A stretch of 64,000 nucleotides of DNA from Longimicrobiales bacterium (GCA_965203485.1 OZ241892.1:1344001-1408000), one strand, 5' to 3'. Counted from the stretch's first letter, positions 1 through 10,456 are shown. Translations and numbers: made by a program. Notes: generated by a model not told the origin, from the sequence alone.

Positions 1-324
1 CTCCGGGGCGGCGTCGCCGCGGCCCGCCCGCGCGACGGCGTACACTCGTATCTCGGCGGATTCGGGGAGTCCTTCCAGCGCATCAATCACCCTGGGCGCC
101 GCCGACAGTTGCTGCACGCCGCTCAACTCGTCCGACGGATCCAGCAGAACGACGGCCTGGGCCGCCGGCTGAGCGCCGACGAGGCAGTGGTCGTCGTCCT
201 TCGCCGCGTCCTGGCTCTGGCCCAGCACGACCAAGGTCAGGAGGACCAAGCCACCCGCGATCGCCGTCGCAACGCCCCACCGGGTCTTGCGGCGTTCCCT
301 GCGCCGGCGCGCCTGCCTGCTCAC
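1..324 (-). CDS. Membrane-anchored hypothetical protein with VWA-like start (runs off the window's left edge)
   Basis: Manual translation from GTG 324: [35 protein letters not shown]...HCLVGAQPAAQAVVLLDPSDELS. Basic N-terminus, one TM helix, then a beta-strand plus DxSD motif. Starts 12 nt after the upstream gene's stop. Not in the ORF track. Confidence 0.7.
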   Translation of the reverse strand, partial: MSRQARRRRERRKTRWGVATAIAGGLVLLTLVVLGQSQDAAKDDDHCLVGAQPAAQAVVLLDPSDELSGVQQLSAAPRVIDALEGLPESAEIRVYAVARAGRGDAAPE

Positions 325-336
325 GAAGCCCTTCCG

Positions 337-1731
337 CTACTCATGATGCAGCGCCGTGACGCGCTCCACCTCGGCCTCGCACTTCTTGAAGCACCCCTGC
401 AGTTCCCGGATGCGGGCATCCAGCGCGTCCTTGGCAGCCTGGCTGCGCCTTGCCGCCTCGGTTTCGTCGCCGATGTCCGCAGGCGGGGGCGGCTCGGGCA
501 GTTCCCATTCGACCTCCAGCTTGCCCTCCAGCGGAACGTTCCACGCTTCGGGCGCCGGTTCGCTTCGGGCGCCGCGGTTCTCCGCCCGGTAGGCGCCGAC
601 GGCGCCCGAGCACGCCTTCCTCAGGTCGGACGAGAAGCGGCAGAACTCGTCGTGGAGCCCTTGCAGTTCGGCGGCCGCTTCCTGGCCGCGCTTCCACAAG
701 TCGGTCGGATCGGCAAACTCCTTGCGTTGCTGCAGAACAGCCTCGTCGAACTGGTCCCTGAGCCGGTCGAGCACTTCGCGCTCTTCCTCCAGGACGACGT
801 TCTCCGCGCCGCGCCGGGCCGAGACCACCTTGCCGTATCCGGGATACGGATCGGTCATGCGCGACCACTCCCATGCGGCCGCGCCGCACATCGCCAAGCC
901 GAGCAACAGCAGCATGTAGGACTGAAAGCCCTGAAGCGAGAAGCCTTGGGCGGCGAACAGGCAGACGGCCTCGCCGTCCGCCGCCGCTTCGTCGTCGCCT
1001 CGCCAGCAGCTCTCGCTGCCGGCTTGAGCCCCGGCCGACTCGCCCGGCGGCCCGCCCAGCATGCCGTCGTCCTGCACCACGGCGGAGCCCGGTTCCGGGG
1101 GATAGTCGGGCGCCAAGGCTTCCCGGTAATGCGCCACAGCCAGGTTCCAGCCGACCGCGCCCGCGACCACCACGGTCACCAGGATGCATCCGACGAACTT
1201 GCGCAACTGGTCGCGGTGCAGTACTTGGCGGCCGAACCAAGTTGCGAGCAGGCCGACCACCCCGACGTTGATGACGCTGATCAACGCGGCGTACGTGAGT
1301 CCCCCGACCAGGCTTCCCTCGAGGTTGGCGCCGAAGAAGAGTCCGTTGACTACGGTCTCGACGACAACGAGCCCGACCAGGACGCCCATCGACCAAGACC
1401 GGTTCTCGGGCAGCCGTGCCGCGCGCTCGAGGCGGTGGTCGTCCTTGAACTTCTTGACCTCGTCGATCGCCTCTTGGGCCGACCGCGCGAGGCGCTGCAG
1501 TTCGTGGCGCTCGCCGGCGACCATGCGGTCCATGGCGTTGCACGCCTCCTTGACGCGCGCGCCGGGGTCGGCGTCGCTCTTCGGGTCCACGCTCGAGTCG
1601 ATGCGGTCCTCGAGCACCCGGCGCTGTCTGGCGTACGCCCGGCGCTCGCTTGTGAAGCGCCCGGTGCAGTCGCTGACCACTTCCGTCTCGACCGCGTCCG
1701 GCCCTGGCTGCGTTGCCGGCGGCATGTTCAT
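337..1731 (-). CDS. Multi-pass membrane protein with flanking coiled coils, function unknown
   Basis: ORF 337..2109. About four hydrophobic segments (e.g. VLVGLVVVETVVNGLFFG) with helical charged N- and C-regions. Start uncertain (ATG 1731 or 1806). Confidence 0.75.
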   Translation of the reverse strand: MNMPPATQPGPDAVETEVVSDCTGRFTSERRAYARQRRVLEDRIDSSVDPKSDADPGARVKEACNAMDRMVAGERHELQRLARSAQEAIDEVKKFKDDHRLERAARLPENRSWSMGVLVGLVVVETVVNGLFFGANLEGSLVGGLTYAALISVINVGVVGLLATWFGRQVLHRDQLRKFVGCILVTVVVAGAVGWNLAVAHYREALAPDYPPEPGSAVVQDDGMLGGPPGESAGAQAGSESCWRGDDEAAADGEAVCLFAAQGFSLQGFQSYMLLLLGLAMCGAAAWEWSRMTDPYPGYGKVVSARRGAENVVLEEEREVLDRLRDQFDEAVLQQRKEFADPTDLWKRGQEAAAELQGLHDEFCRFSSDLRKACSGAVGAYRAENRGARSEPAPEAWNVPLEGKLEVEWELPEPPPPADIGDETEAARRSQAAKDALDARIRELQGCFKKCEAEVERVTALHHE

Positions 1732-2107
1732 TTTGCCCCGCTCGCGCCCTTTGGCGACCAGCCGGTGGCGGGAGACCAGCGACTGCACGTCGGGAACCCT
1801 TGTCATGTCCGACGGGGCGGGGGAGTCGGCCGTGGCGTGGTCAATGCGGGTTCCGTCGCGGAGGGAATGGGCGTTCTTGGCGAAGAAAGCTGGCGGGGGC
1901 GGGCCGCCTGGGACTCGCCAGCTGCCCTTTGGCGGCGTCTCCGGCGCCCGGCCTATGTTGTCCGGCGTCGCGTCGCCGGGTGGGCGCGTCGCCCTCGCAG
2001 GCCGCTCTCCGGCTCCGCGAGCCCGGCGGCCCCGGACGCGAAACATCCGTGCGCGAGTGTTGCCCGAAGGGCTCCTACGCCGCCCAATTCTACGGAGTTT
2101 CGCCCCC

Positions 2108-4201
2108 ATGCGTCCAGCCCTGAAGCGCGCTCTCGGCTCTTGGGCGCTGGCGACGTGGGCCGTGCCCGCGGCGGCGGGAACGATCGCGGGCGACCATTCG
2201 GCGGAGGCGCGGGCTCCTGCGGGCGCGCCGGCCGGGGCCGCCTCGGCCAGGCTGTGGCGCGGCTGCCCTGCTCGGGCGCCGATTCCCGCGCGGGCGTACC
2301 CGACGAGCGCCTGTCCCGGCGCCCGGAAACATGCGGCGGCTCGGCAGGCGGCCGATCCTCAGGTCTCCCGTGCCCGACGGCTCGCCGAACGCGACTCCGC
2401 CCGCGCCCACGACCGCGCCCGCCGCCTCCAGGCCGGCTTCGAGAGACGGCGCCTGCACCGGAGCCCGCGCGCGTCCGGCGGCTCCCGCCGGTGCGATGAA
2501 GTCGTGGGCCGGCTCTGCGTTTGGCACGGCGACGAGCCCGACTCGCTGCCCCCGGAGCCGGTTGCGGTCGGCGCGGCCCGAGCGGGCCTCCTCGCAGACC
2601 TGGATTCGCTTGCCGGCCTGGCCCCCGGCGACCACTGGATCTTCGGCCAGCGAATTCGCTACATGGCGGAGGCGGGCCACCTCGCCGCCGCCGCCCGGCT
2701 GGCTCGCGCATGCGGACTTCCGGAACCTTGGCGCTGCACGGCGTATCTCGGCTTCGTCCACCACGAGGCCGGCGACGCGCAGTCCGCGGAAGCGGCGTTT
2801 CGCGCGGCGCTGGCAACCATGCCGGCCGGCCGAGCCGCGCAATGGGCCGACCCTTCGCCGGTCCTGGACCCCGGCCTTCGCCGCTGGCTCGAGTCGCGCC
2901 CGGACTCCGCGGCCGCCGCGGCCCACCTCTGGACGCTGGCCGACCCTCTCTTTCTTTCCAAGGGCAACGAACGCTGGGCCGGGCACCTGAGCCGTTGGAC
3001 CTACGCCATGAGCGCGGAGCGGTCTTGGAGCCCTCATCAGATGCGCTGGGGCGACGACCTGACGGAGGTCGTCGTGCGCTACGGCTGGCCGGCCGCGTGG
3101 GAGCAGTCCTGGCCCTCGGCGGGCGAGGCGACCGGCGCCGCGGTCGGGCGCGAGCCGCCCGGAGCGCGCCGCGCCTTTCCCCCTCGCGCCGTGCTCGAGC
3201 CCGGCCTGGGGCGCGCGGAGCCCTGGCCGCCCCCGTCCGCGGGGGGACAGGCCATCTACGTCCCGCCGTTCCTCGACTCCATCGGCGTCCTCGCCGCGCA
3301 GGTCGGCCGCTTCTGGAGGCCCGGCGGCGTCCTGGTGGTCGCGGCGGCCGAGGTGCCGGACCTGCCCGTCCCGAAGCGCGAGAGCCCGGCGGGCGCCGGC
3401 ATGGAGCAGGCGACGCTCGACGCAGGCCGGGCAGGGTCCGGACGGCCCGTTCCGGCCGCCATGGCCGGACTCTTCCTCGCGCGCGACGGCGAGATCGCGA
3501 TGGAGGCTTGGCGCGCCGCTCGCCCGGGCACGACCGTCCGCTTTGCAAGCTCGGCGCCCGTCCGCGGCGCCGGCGTGGTCAGCGTGGAGACGTGGATTCC
3601 CGCCGGGCGCGTCGCCCATCGAGTGCGCGTCGGCATGGCGCTTCCGGCGCTCGTGCCCGGGTTGCTCGCCATGTCCGACTTGGCGCTCCTGGAGGCGTCG
3701 GCCGAGCCCCGCGACGCCCTCGAGGCGGCCGGTGCCCTCAGGACGGGCGCGGCCTACCGGGGCGCCGACTCCATCAATCTGGCGTTCGAGGTGTACGGCG
3801 CGGGCGGCACGCAGGCGACGGTCTCGTTCGCCGCTTGGGTGGAGAGCAGGGAAGGCCTGCTCACGCGCCTAGCGCGACGACTCGGCCTCGCCGGACCCCG
3901 GCGCGCGGCCTTCGTCGAATGGGCCGAGCCTGGGCCGCCTGCCTCCGCGCCGCTGTTTCGCACCCTGCGAATTCGCTTGCCCGCGCTCGCACCCGGCGCG
4001 TATCGGTTGACGGTTGAGGCGTCGGCGCAAGGCAAGCTGCCCGCCCGCCGCAGCCGCCGCTTCACGGTCGACTCCCCGGCGCGGAGGCGAAAGAACTGGC
4101 GCGCCCAGCCCTCCGTGGCCAAGTTGCCCCGCAGGAGAGCCGTTCGGCCCCCGGTCGGCTCCCAGCCCGGTCCGCCTTCCCGCCCAACCAAGGAGAATCC
4201 C
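2108..4201 (+). CDS. Secreted hypothetical protein (TPR-like helices, WGDDL..RYGWP motif, beta-rich C-terminus); no stop before the next gene
   Basis: Part of ORF 1184..5995. ATG 2108 gives a signal-like MRPALKRALGSWALATWAVPAAAG. The C-terminal beta domain ends near RRFTVD, but the frame stays open into the next gene. Confidence 0.6.
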
Positions 4202-5995
4202 GTGAAGACGCGTTTCGCCGTTGCGGTTGTCTCCGTCCTTGCCTCGGCGCCGTCCACTGCCGCGCCGCAGCTCTCCCAATTGCCGGCCGGCGCCGAGTAC
4301 GGAAGCCACGCCGTGGGACTGGCCGCGGGCTTCGCCGTGGACTCCCGGCACCGCTTCGATCCTTGGAACGCGCACTACGGAAGGGCGCCGTACCGCGCCA
4401 TGCTGCGGCGGGTCGAGGCGTCAGGGCAACGCCGCGCGGTCGCCTTCCATCTCTGGTATCCGGCGGCGCCGGCGCCCGGAGGGGAACGGCTGGTCGGCCT
4501 TCGCTCGCCCTTTCCGGCCGCGAGCGGACGGCGCGCCGTTTACCCGGACCTTTTCTTTCAGGACTCGGCCGCCGCCGCCGCCGCTGTAGCGGGAGAACTC
4601 GAGGCCGGCATGATCCATTCCGCCGACGAAGGCGAGCTGGATCTCGGCGTGCACCAAGCCGCCGTGAGCCGGCTGGCCGCGACGATGGTCGGCCAGCCTC
4701 TGGGCGCTTGGTGGAACGCCCGGCCCGCGGACGGCGCCTTTCCCTTGGTGCTCCTCGCGCACGGACTGGGAGGCAACTCGGCCATGTGGGCCTCCCTGGG
4801 CGAGTTCCTCGCGTCCCACGGCTACGTCGTGGCCGCGCCCACCTTCGTGTCGGACGGCTCGCCCGCCCTGGTCTTCCACGACGAGGACTCGCCCTACGCG
4901 GACCGGGCGTCTCCGGCCGAGCTGAGGCGGGCGTACGGCTTGCTCGCGGGCGAACCCAAGGTCGTCCCGTACTTCTACCGGTTCTTGTTCGGCCGCGAAG
5001 TCGGCGAAGGACCCGGCTCGCTGGACGTGGTCGACGTGGGTTCCGTGAGCCTCGTGCCCGGCGGCGTGGAGCGCGCGACGACGATGATGCGCAATCTGTT
5101 TCGGCAACGCGTGTCGGACTTCGGCTTGCTTCTCGGCACCGTCCGCCTGCTGGGCGAGGAACGCGGCACGTGCTCGGTCGCGCTTTCGTCGATGGGGGCC
5201 ACGAGCGCGGCCCGCGATCTCTGCGGGCTGCTGGAGGGCCGCCTGGACGATCGGCCGGCCGGCGCGGCCGGGCACTCCCTGGGCTCGATGACGGCGCAGC
5301 TCGCGGCCAACCACCTGCCGGGCGTGGCGGCGGCCGCCGGCTTCAACAACGGGCCTCCCTTCACGTGGACCCCCGAGGAGATGCTGGGCGGCCGGGAAGC
5401 CGAGGACGGACTGCCGGGAGGGATAGAGAAGCCTCTGCTGCTGATGATCGGCGACGAGGACGCCTTCGTGCAGTCCGTGTTCGTCGGCCTGTTCCAGTCG
5501 ATGGTTTCCCGAGCGGGCGGCGACCCCGCCGCGGCGTTTCCGCTGGCGCCGGAACGGGCCCTGCCCGAGCGCGACGACAATCCCCAGCCGGTGGCGCTCA
5601 GCACGTGGCGCCGGGCCGGCGCAGCCCGCATGCTGGTCACGGTGCGCGACGTCGACCACGGCATTCTCGTGGTCGACTTGCCCCGCGTCTTCTCGTGGAC
5701 GGCCTTCCAGCGCGGCGAGGCGGCCTTCGGCTTCGCTCCGATGCGCCGGCGCAAGCCCACCGGAACGGACGCGCTGGCCCGCAGTCCCGCGCCGGGCGAG
5801 CCGTTCGACCTGCTGGGCTGGGCCTCCGCGGGCGCTTCGGGCGAGGTCTACATGCCCCACGTGGTGCGCGACTGGTACCTGCACGCTTGGTTCGACTGGC
5901 ATCTCAAGGACGACGAGGAAGCCCGCGCGCGCCTTGCCGGCGACGATCCGTTCGGCGGCATGACCCACGCGCGCAAGGATCTTTCCCGGCCGTGA
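4202..5995 (+). CDS. Secreted alpha/beta-hydrolase (PAF-acetylhydrolase/dienelactone-hydrolase-like)
   Basis: AAGGAG RBS then GTG 4202 and a signal peptide. Motifs WYPA, FPLVLLAHGLGG, LASHGYVV, nucleophile GHSLG, candidate Asp (GDED) and His (VDHG). Confidence 0.8.
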   Translation: MKTRFAVAVVSVLASAPSTAAPQLSQLPAGAEYGSHAVGLAAGFAVDSRHRFDPWNAHYGRAPYRAMLRRVEASGQRRAVAFHLWYPAAPAPGGERLVGLRSPFPAASGRRAVYPDLFFQDSAAAAAAVAGELEAGMIHSADEGELDLGVHQAAVSRLAATMVGQPLGAWWNARPADGAFPLVLLAHGLGGNSAMWASLGEFLASHGYVVAAPTFVSDGSPALVFHDEDSPYADRASPAELRRAYGLLAGEPKVVPYFYRFLFGREVGEGPGSLDVVDVGSVSLVPGGVERATTMMRNLFRQRVSDFGLLLGTVRLLGEERGTCSVALSSMGATSAARDLCGLLEGRLDDRPAGAAGHSLGSMTAQLAANHLPGVAAAAGFNNGPPFTWTPEEMLGGREAEDGLPGGIEKPLLLMIGDEDAFVQSVFVGLFQSMVSRAGGDPAAAFPLAPERALPERDDNPQPVALSTWRRAGAARMLVTVRDVDHGILVVDLPRVFSWTAFQRGEAAFGFAPMRRRKPTGTDALARSPAPGEPFDLLGWASAGASGEVYMPHVVRDWYLHAWFDWHLKDDEEARARLAGDDPFGGMTHARKDLSRP

Positions 5996-7854
5996 AGCCG
6001 GCTCCACCGCGTTGCGCTCGGTCCGCGATTCGACGTGGGCGCTTCGGGCCGCGCGCGGTCGTTCTTGCGGTCGTTCTCGCCGCTCCGGCCGTGCCCTCGG
6101 CGTCCTCCGCATCCCAGTCCCACAGCCTCGTCTCGCCGTCCGGCCAAGTCGACTGGAACCGCTTCTACACGGCCGCCGAGACCGACCAGATCCTCCGAGA
6201 GTTCCATGTCCTCTACCCGGGCCTCGCCGAGCTCCACGAGATTGGCCGAAGCTACCGCGGGCGGCCGCTCATGGTGATCGAGATCACCAACGAAGCCACG
6301 GGCCCTGCGGCCGAGAAGCCCGCTCTTTACGTGGACGGCGGCATCCACGCCGGGGAACTCACGGCCTCCGCCGTCGCGACGCATTTGGTCGGCCACCTCC
6401 TGAACGGCTTCGGCCGCGACCCCCGCGTCACCGCGCTCTTGGATGCGCGAGCCTTCTACGTGCGACCCAAGTTCAATCCGGACGGCTCGGACTTGGCGCT
6501 CGTCCACGACCAGTTCCTGCGCAGCACGACCCGCCCCGTCGACGAAGACGAAGACGGGAGCGCCGACGAAGATCCGCCCGAGGACCTGAACGGGGACGGA
6601 TGGATCACGCAGATGCGCGTCCCCGATCCCCAAGGAGACTGGGTGGCCGACCCCGATGACGAGCGCATTCTGGTGCGCGACCCCGAACAGCAGGGGGCCG
6701 CCTCTGCCGGCGCCCGCGCCTCCGCCCGATGCCCGCGCGGGGCCGTACCCGCCAGTTGCCGCTACTCCCTCTTCCGCGAGGGTCTGGACAACGACGGAGA
6801 CGGCGCCGTCAACGAGGACGGAATCGGCGGCATCGACATGAACCGCAACTTCCCGCGCAACTGGGAGCGCCGCCATCTGCAGGCGGGCGCGGGCGACTAC
6901 CCGCTCTCGGAGCCCGAGACTCGCGCCGCCGCGGAGTTCGTCAACGCGCGCCGCAACATCACGGGCATCGTCCACGGCCACACGTCGGGCGGCTTCGTCT
7001 ACCGGCTCCCGTCCGCCTCGGCGCCTTCGCTGTTCCCCAAGGACGACCTGGCGCTGATCCTCCACTTGGGCGAGGAGTACACGCGGACGACCGGCCGGCC
7101 CGTTGCGCCGAGCGCCACCCATCCCACCGAGCACCGCTACGGCACGTTCATATCGTGGGGCTACTGGGACCACGGCGTGATCGGCTGGGTGCCCGAGTTC
7201 TCGCCGGGGCCGGAGGCGTGGGTCACCGACTACGACGGCGACGGCGAAGCGAGCGCCGCCGAGCAGCACCGGTTCAACGACGAAGAGCTGGGCGGACGCT
7301 ACTTCGCGGACTGGACCCCCTACGAACATCCGCAGCTGGGCGCCGTGGAGATCGGGGGCTGGCGCTCCAAATTCTGGGGCCAGAATCCTCCGCCGGAGTT
7401 CCTTGAGGAGGAGACGGCGGCGCAGTTGCCGTGGATTCTCTACTTGGCGGAGCAGAGTCCCTTGCTGGCCGTGACGGAGACGCGGGTCGAACCGCTGGAC
7501 GAAGACGGCCTGTTTCGCGTGAGCGCGACCGTCTCCAACGAAGGATTCCTGCCGACGAGCGCGACGGGGCGGGGCGCCGTGGGCCGCGAGCGCCCGGACG
7601 GCGGCGTGGACCGGCAGGTGGTGCGCCCGCCCGCTGTCGCCTTGGAGCGCCGCGGCTTGGAGATCGTGTCCGGCGGCGCCCGGATCGCCCTAGGGCATTT
7701 GGCGGGCGCCAACGCGTTCCTGGCCACGGGCGCCGGCCGCGAGGCGACGGTCTCGTGGACCGTGCGCAAGACGGCCGCAGAGGCGCGCGTGCGCGTGGTG
7801 GCCTCGTCGGACAAGGGCGGCGTGGCCCGCTCCGGCTGGACCGACGTGCCCTGA
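5992..7854 (+). CDS. M14 family zinc carboxypeptidase, secreted
   Basis: GGIHAGE (HxxE), NPDG, DMNRNF, SEPET and DxDxDG Ca-binding-like loops. GTGA overlap with the previous stop. Confidence 0.9.
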   Translation: MKPAPPRCARSAIRRGRFGPRAVVLAVVLAAPAVPSASSASQSHSLVSPSGQVDWNRFYTAAETDQILREFHVLYPGLAELHEIGRSYRGRPLMVIEITNEATGPAAEKPALYVDGGIHAGELTASAVATHLVGHLLNGFGRDPRVTALLDARAFYVRPKFNPDGSDLALVHDQFLRSTTRPVDEDEDGSADEDPPEDLNGDGWITQMRVPDPQGDWVADPDDERILVRDPEQQGAASAGARASARCPRGAVPASCRYSLFREGLDNDGDGAVNEDGIGGIDMNRNFPRNWERRHLQAGAGDYPLSEPETRAAAEFVNARRNITGIVHGHTSGGFVYRLPSASAPSLFPKDDLALILHLGEEYTRTTGRPVAPSATHPTEHRYGTFISWGYWDHGVIGWVPEFSPGPEAWVTDYDGDGEASAAEQHRFNDEELGGRYFADWTPYEHPQLGAVEIGGWRSKFWGQNPPPEFLEEETAAQLPWILYLAEQSPLLAVTETRVEPLDEDGLFRVSATVSNEGFLPTSATGRGAVGRERPDGGVDRQVVRPPAVALERRGLEIVSGGARIALGHLAGANAFLATGAGREATVSWTVRKTAAEARVRVVASSDKGGVARSGWTDVP

Positions 7855-7899
7855 GCCGGACGAGACCGAGCCTCGAACCGTCGCCTTGTTGCGCGTTCA

Positions 7900-7943
7900 T
7901 GCCTTAATCCGGAACAAGGCACATGCTTATTCCAGATTGGGCA
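7900..7943. repeat. AT-rich imperfect inverted repeat upstream of prs
   Basis: TGCCTTAATCCGGAACAAGGC-ACAT-GCTTATTCCAGATTGGGCA. The right arm reverse-complements to TGCCCAATCTGGAATAAGC. Confidence 0.55.
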
Positions 7944-8086
7944 ACGAAGACTGAATAACGGAGGCCTTCGGGGCGCGCCCGCGCGGTCCCGTCCGCCGCT
8001 TGACGCCCGCGCCCGGCCTTGCGATCATCATCGGCTGTCCCGCAACTGCCTTCCCCCGCCTCCCCGTCCCCGTCGCGTGCTCGGCC

Positions 8087-9076
8087 ATGGACGACACCTA
8101 CAAGCGCGGACCGCTCCTGATGCTGGCGGGGCGGGCCAACCTTCCGCTGGCTCGCGAAATCGCGGGCGAGCTGGGCACGTCGATCGACAACGCCGTCGTC
8201 TACGACTTCGAGGACGGCGAGATCTTCGTGCGCATCGTGCGCAACGCGCGCGGCCGCGACGTCTTCATCGTGCAGCCGACGGTGGCGGGGGCCGACAACA
8301 TCATGGAGCTGCTCCTGCTGGTGGACGCCGCCAAGCGCGCGTCGGCGGCCCGCGTGTCCGCCGTCGTGCCGTACTTCGGCTACGGCCGCCAGGACCGCAA
8401 GGACCAGCCTCGCGTCGCCATCGGTGCGAAGCTCATGGCCAACCTGATCGTCGCGGCGGGCGCGGACCGCGTGGTGAGCATCGACTTCCACCAGCACCAG
8501 ATCCAGGGCTTCTTCGACATTCCGGTGGACCACCTCTACGCCGCCCCGGTCTTCACGCACTACTTCCGCGAGAAGCAGTTGCGCGATCCGGTCGTGGTGG
8601 CGCCCGACGTGGGGTCGGCCCGCATGGCCAGGGGCTTCGCCCGGCGGCTGGGCGCCACGTTCGCGATCATCGACAAGCGGCGGCCCGCCCCCAACGTGGC
8701 CGAGGTGCTCAACGTAGTCGGCGAAGTGAAGGACCGGACGTGCCTCGTGACCGACGACATGATCGACACCGGCGGCACCATCGCCCAGGCGGTCCAGGCC
8801 CTGATGGACCGGGGCGCGGGCGCCGTCTACGTGGCGGCGACGCACGCGCTGTTGTCGGGCGAGGCGGTGGCCAAGCTGTCGGCAGCGCCCCTGAAGGAGC
8901 TGGTGGTCACCAACAGCATCGATGTTCCCGAACCGAAGCGCTTCGAGCGTCTCAAGGTGCTTTCCGTGGCTCCGTTGCTGGCTCGCGCGATCCGCTACAT
9001 CCATTCGAACGAGTCGGTGAGCCAGCTCTTCGAGATTTCGAGCCGCGAGGCCCCGCCCAAGGTGGCGCTGGCCTGA
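8087..9076 (+). CDS. prs: Ribose-phosphate pyrophosphokinase
   Basis: FEDGEI, PYFGYGRQDRK, VVAPDVG, DDMIDTGGT motifs. Confidence 0.97.
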   Translation: MDDTYKRGPLLMLAGRANLPLAREIAGELGTSIDNAVVYDFEDGEIFVRIVRNARGRDVFIVQPTVAGADNIMELLLLVDAAKRASAARVSAVVPYFGYGRQDRKDQPRVAIGAKLMANLIVAAGADRVVSIDFHQHQIQGFFDIPVDHLYAAPVFTHYFREKQLRDPVVVAPDVGSARMARGFARRLGATFAIIDKRRPAPNVAEVLNVVGEVKDRTCLVTDDMIDTGGTIAQAVQALMDRGAGAVYVAATHALLSGEAVAKLSAAPLKELVVTNSIDVPEPKRFERLKVLSVAPLLARAIRYIHSNESVSQLFEISSREAPPKVALA

Positions 9077-9152
9077 ATCCCCCGCATGCGGCGGCGCCAG
9101 CGCCGTCCCGCCACGAGCGCAACGAGAACTTCCAGACCGATTCCGAATCCCA

Positions 9153-9809
9153 ATGGAAACGACACTGAACCTTCAGTCGCGCGCCGAGTCCGGCAAAGGG
9201 GCCGCGCGCAGGCTTCGCCGGGCGGGCCGCGTGCCCGGAGTGCTCTACGGGGGCGACGCGGCCCCGGTCCTGGTTTCGGCCGAAGCCCACGAAGCGTGGC
9301 GCCTCTTCAACGCGATCTCGGTGGAGAACACGATCCTCCACTTGGTCGTGGACGGCGGCAAGGCCGAACGCGCCTTGGTGCGCGAGATACAGACGCATCC
9401 CTTCCAGCCGCAGTTGCTCCACGTCGACTTCCTGCGCGTGCAACGGGGCAAGCCGATCGAGGTGCAGGTGCCGATTGTGTTCGAGGGCCTGGCCGAGGGC
9501 GTGCGCAACGAGGGCGGGCTCTTGGACCAAGTCGTGCACGACTTGGCGGTCAAGTGCGTGCCCTCGAAGATCCCCGAGGCGATCAGGGCGGACGTGACCG
9601 AGCTGAAGGTCGGCGACGTGATGCGCGCGGGCGACCTGGAGATGCCCGAGGGCGTCGAGAACTTGGTCGACCCGCAACGCACGATTTGCTCGGTGGCGCC
9701 GCCCAGAGTGATCGAGGACGAGGAGGCCGCGCCCGAGGACGGCGAGGAGGCCGCGCCCGAGGAGCAGGATCCGGACGCGGCTGGCCAGTCCGGCGGGACC
9801 GCTGCCTGA
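9153..9809 (+). CDS. rplY: 50S ribosomal protein bL25 (Ctc form)
   Basis: GKGAARRLRRAGRVPGVLYG and HVDF; prs-rplY-pth order. Confidence 0.96.
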   Translation: METTLNLQSRAESGKGAARRLRRAGRVPGVLYGGDAAPVLVSAEAHEAWRLFNAISVENTILHLVVDGGKAERALVREIQTHPFQPQLLHVDFLRVQRGKPIEVQVPIVFEGLAEGVRNEGGLLDQVVHDLAVKCVPSKIPEAIRADVTELKVGDVMRAGDLEMPEGVENLVDPQRTICSVAPPRVIEDEEAAPEDGEEAAPEEQDPDAAGQSGGTAA

Positions 9810-9849
9810 CGGCTCGGGGCCGGACGCCGGGCCTTCCGTCAAGATCGTC

Positions 9850-10401
9850 GTGGGCATCGGCAACCCCGGCCCCGAGTACGAGGCCACGCGCCACAACGTG
9901 GGCTGGTGGGTGCTCGACCGCTTTGCGCGCGACCGCGGGATCGGGCCGTTCGAACGGCGGAGCAGGGGGTGGGAAGCGTCCGGCGAAGTCGAGGGACGGG
10001 CGGTGCGGCTGCTCAAGCCTCGCACGTACGTGAACCGCACGGGCTTGGCGCTGGGCGGCCTGTGGCGCGAAGCCGGCTTCGAGGCGAAGCGCGACCTGCT
10101 GGTCGTGGCCGACGACGCGAACTTGCCGGTCGGCCGAATCAGGATGCGGCCCGGCGGCGGAGCGGGGGGCCACAACGGCCTCAAGTCCGTGAGCGGCGCG
10201 CTGGGTACGCAGGAGTACGCCCGGCTGCGCGTCGGCGTGGGCGAGCGGCCGCCGGGGACGGACTTGGCCGACTGGGTGCTGTCGCCCATGCCGGCCGAAG
10301 ACGAGGACGCGGTGGCCGAGCTGCTGCCCGACCTCAGCGAGGCCGTGGCCACGTGGGCGCGCGAGGGACCGGCCGCGGCCATGAACCGATTCAACCGATG
10401 A
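9850..10401 (+). CDS. pth: Peptidyl-tRNA hydrolase (true start probably upstream)
   Basis: [36 protein letters not shown]. Confidence 0.95.
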   Translation: MGIGNPGPEYEATRHNVGWWVLDRFARDRGIGPFERRSRGWEASGEVEGRAVRLLKPRTYVNRTGLALGGLWREAGFEAKRDLLVVADDANLPVGRIRMRPGGGAGGHNGLKSVSGALGTQEYARLRVGVGERPPGTDLADWVLSPMPAEDEDAVAELLPDLSEAVATWAREGPAAAMNRFNR

Positions 10402-10456
10402 CATCCAGCGGGCCGGCGCGCCGGCGCCCGCGGAACCGAAAGCAAGGAACCGAGAC

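Noticed and set aside
109..2499. 796-aa + strand ORF and the many other long overlapping or antisense ORFs (e.g. 40979..44653 -, 45057..47441 +, 15609..17855 +)
   Set aside because: Shadow ORFs expected at this GC content. They are Arg/Pro/Ala-rich, have no motifs and overlap well-supported genes.
7855..8086. Possible tRNA-Gln upstream of prs, a common arrangement
   Set aside because: No tRNA structure or T-arm consensus found on either strand.
9720..9764. Direct repeat (EEAAPE twice) in the rplY tail
   Set aside because: Ordinary low-complexity acidic tail of Ctc-type L25.
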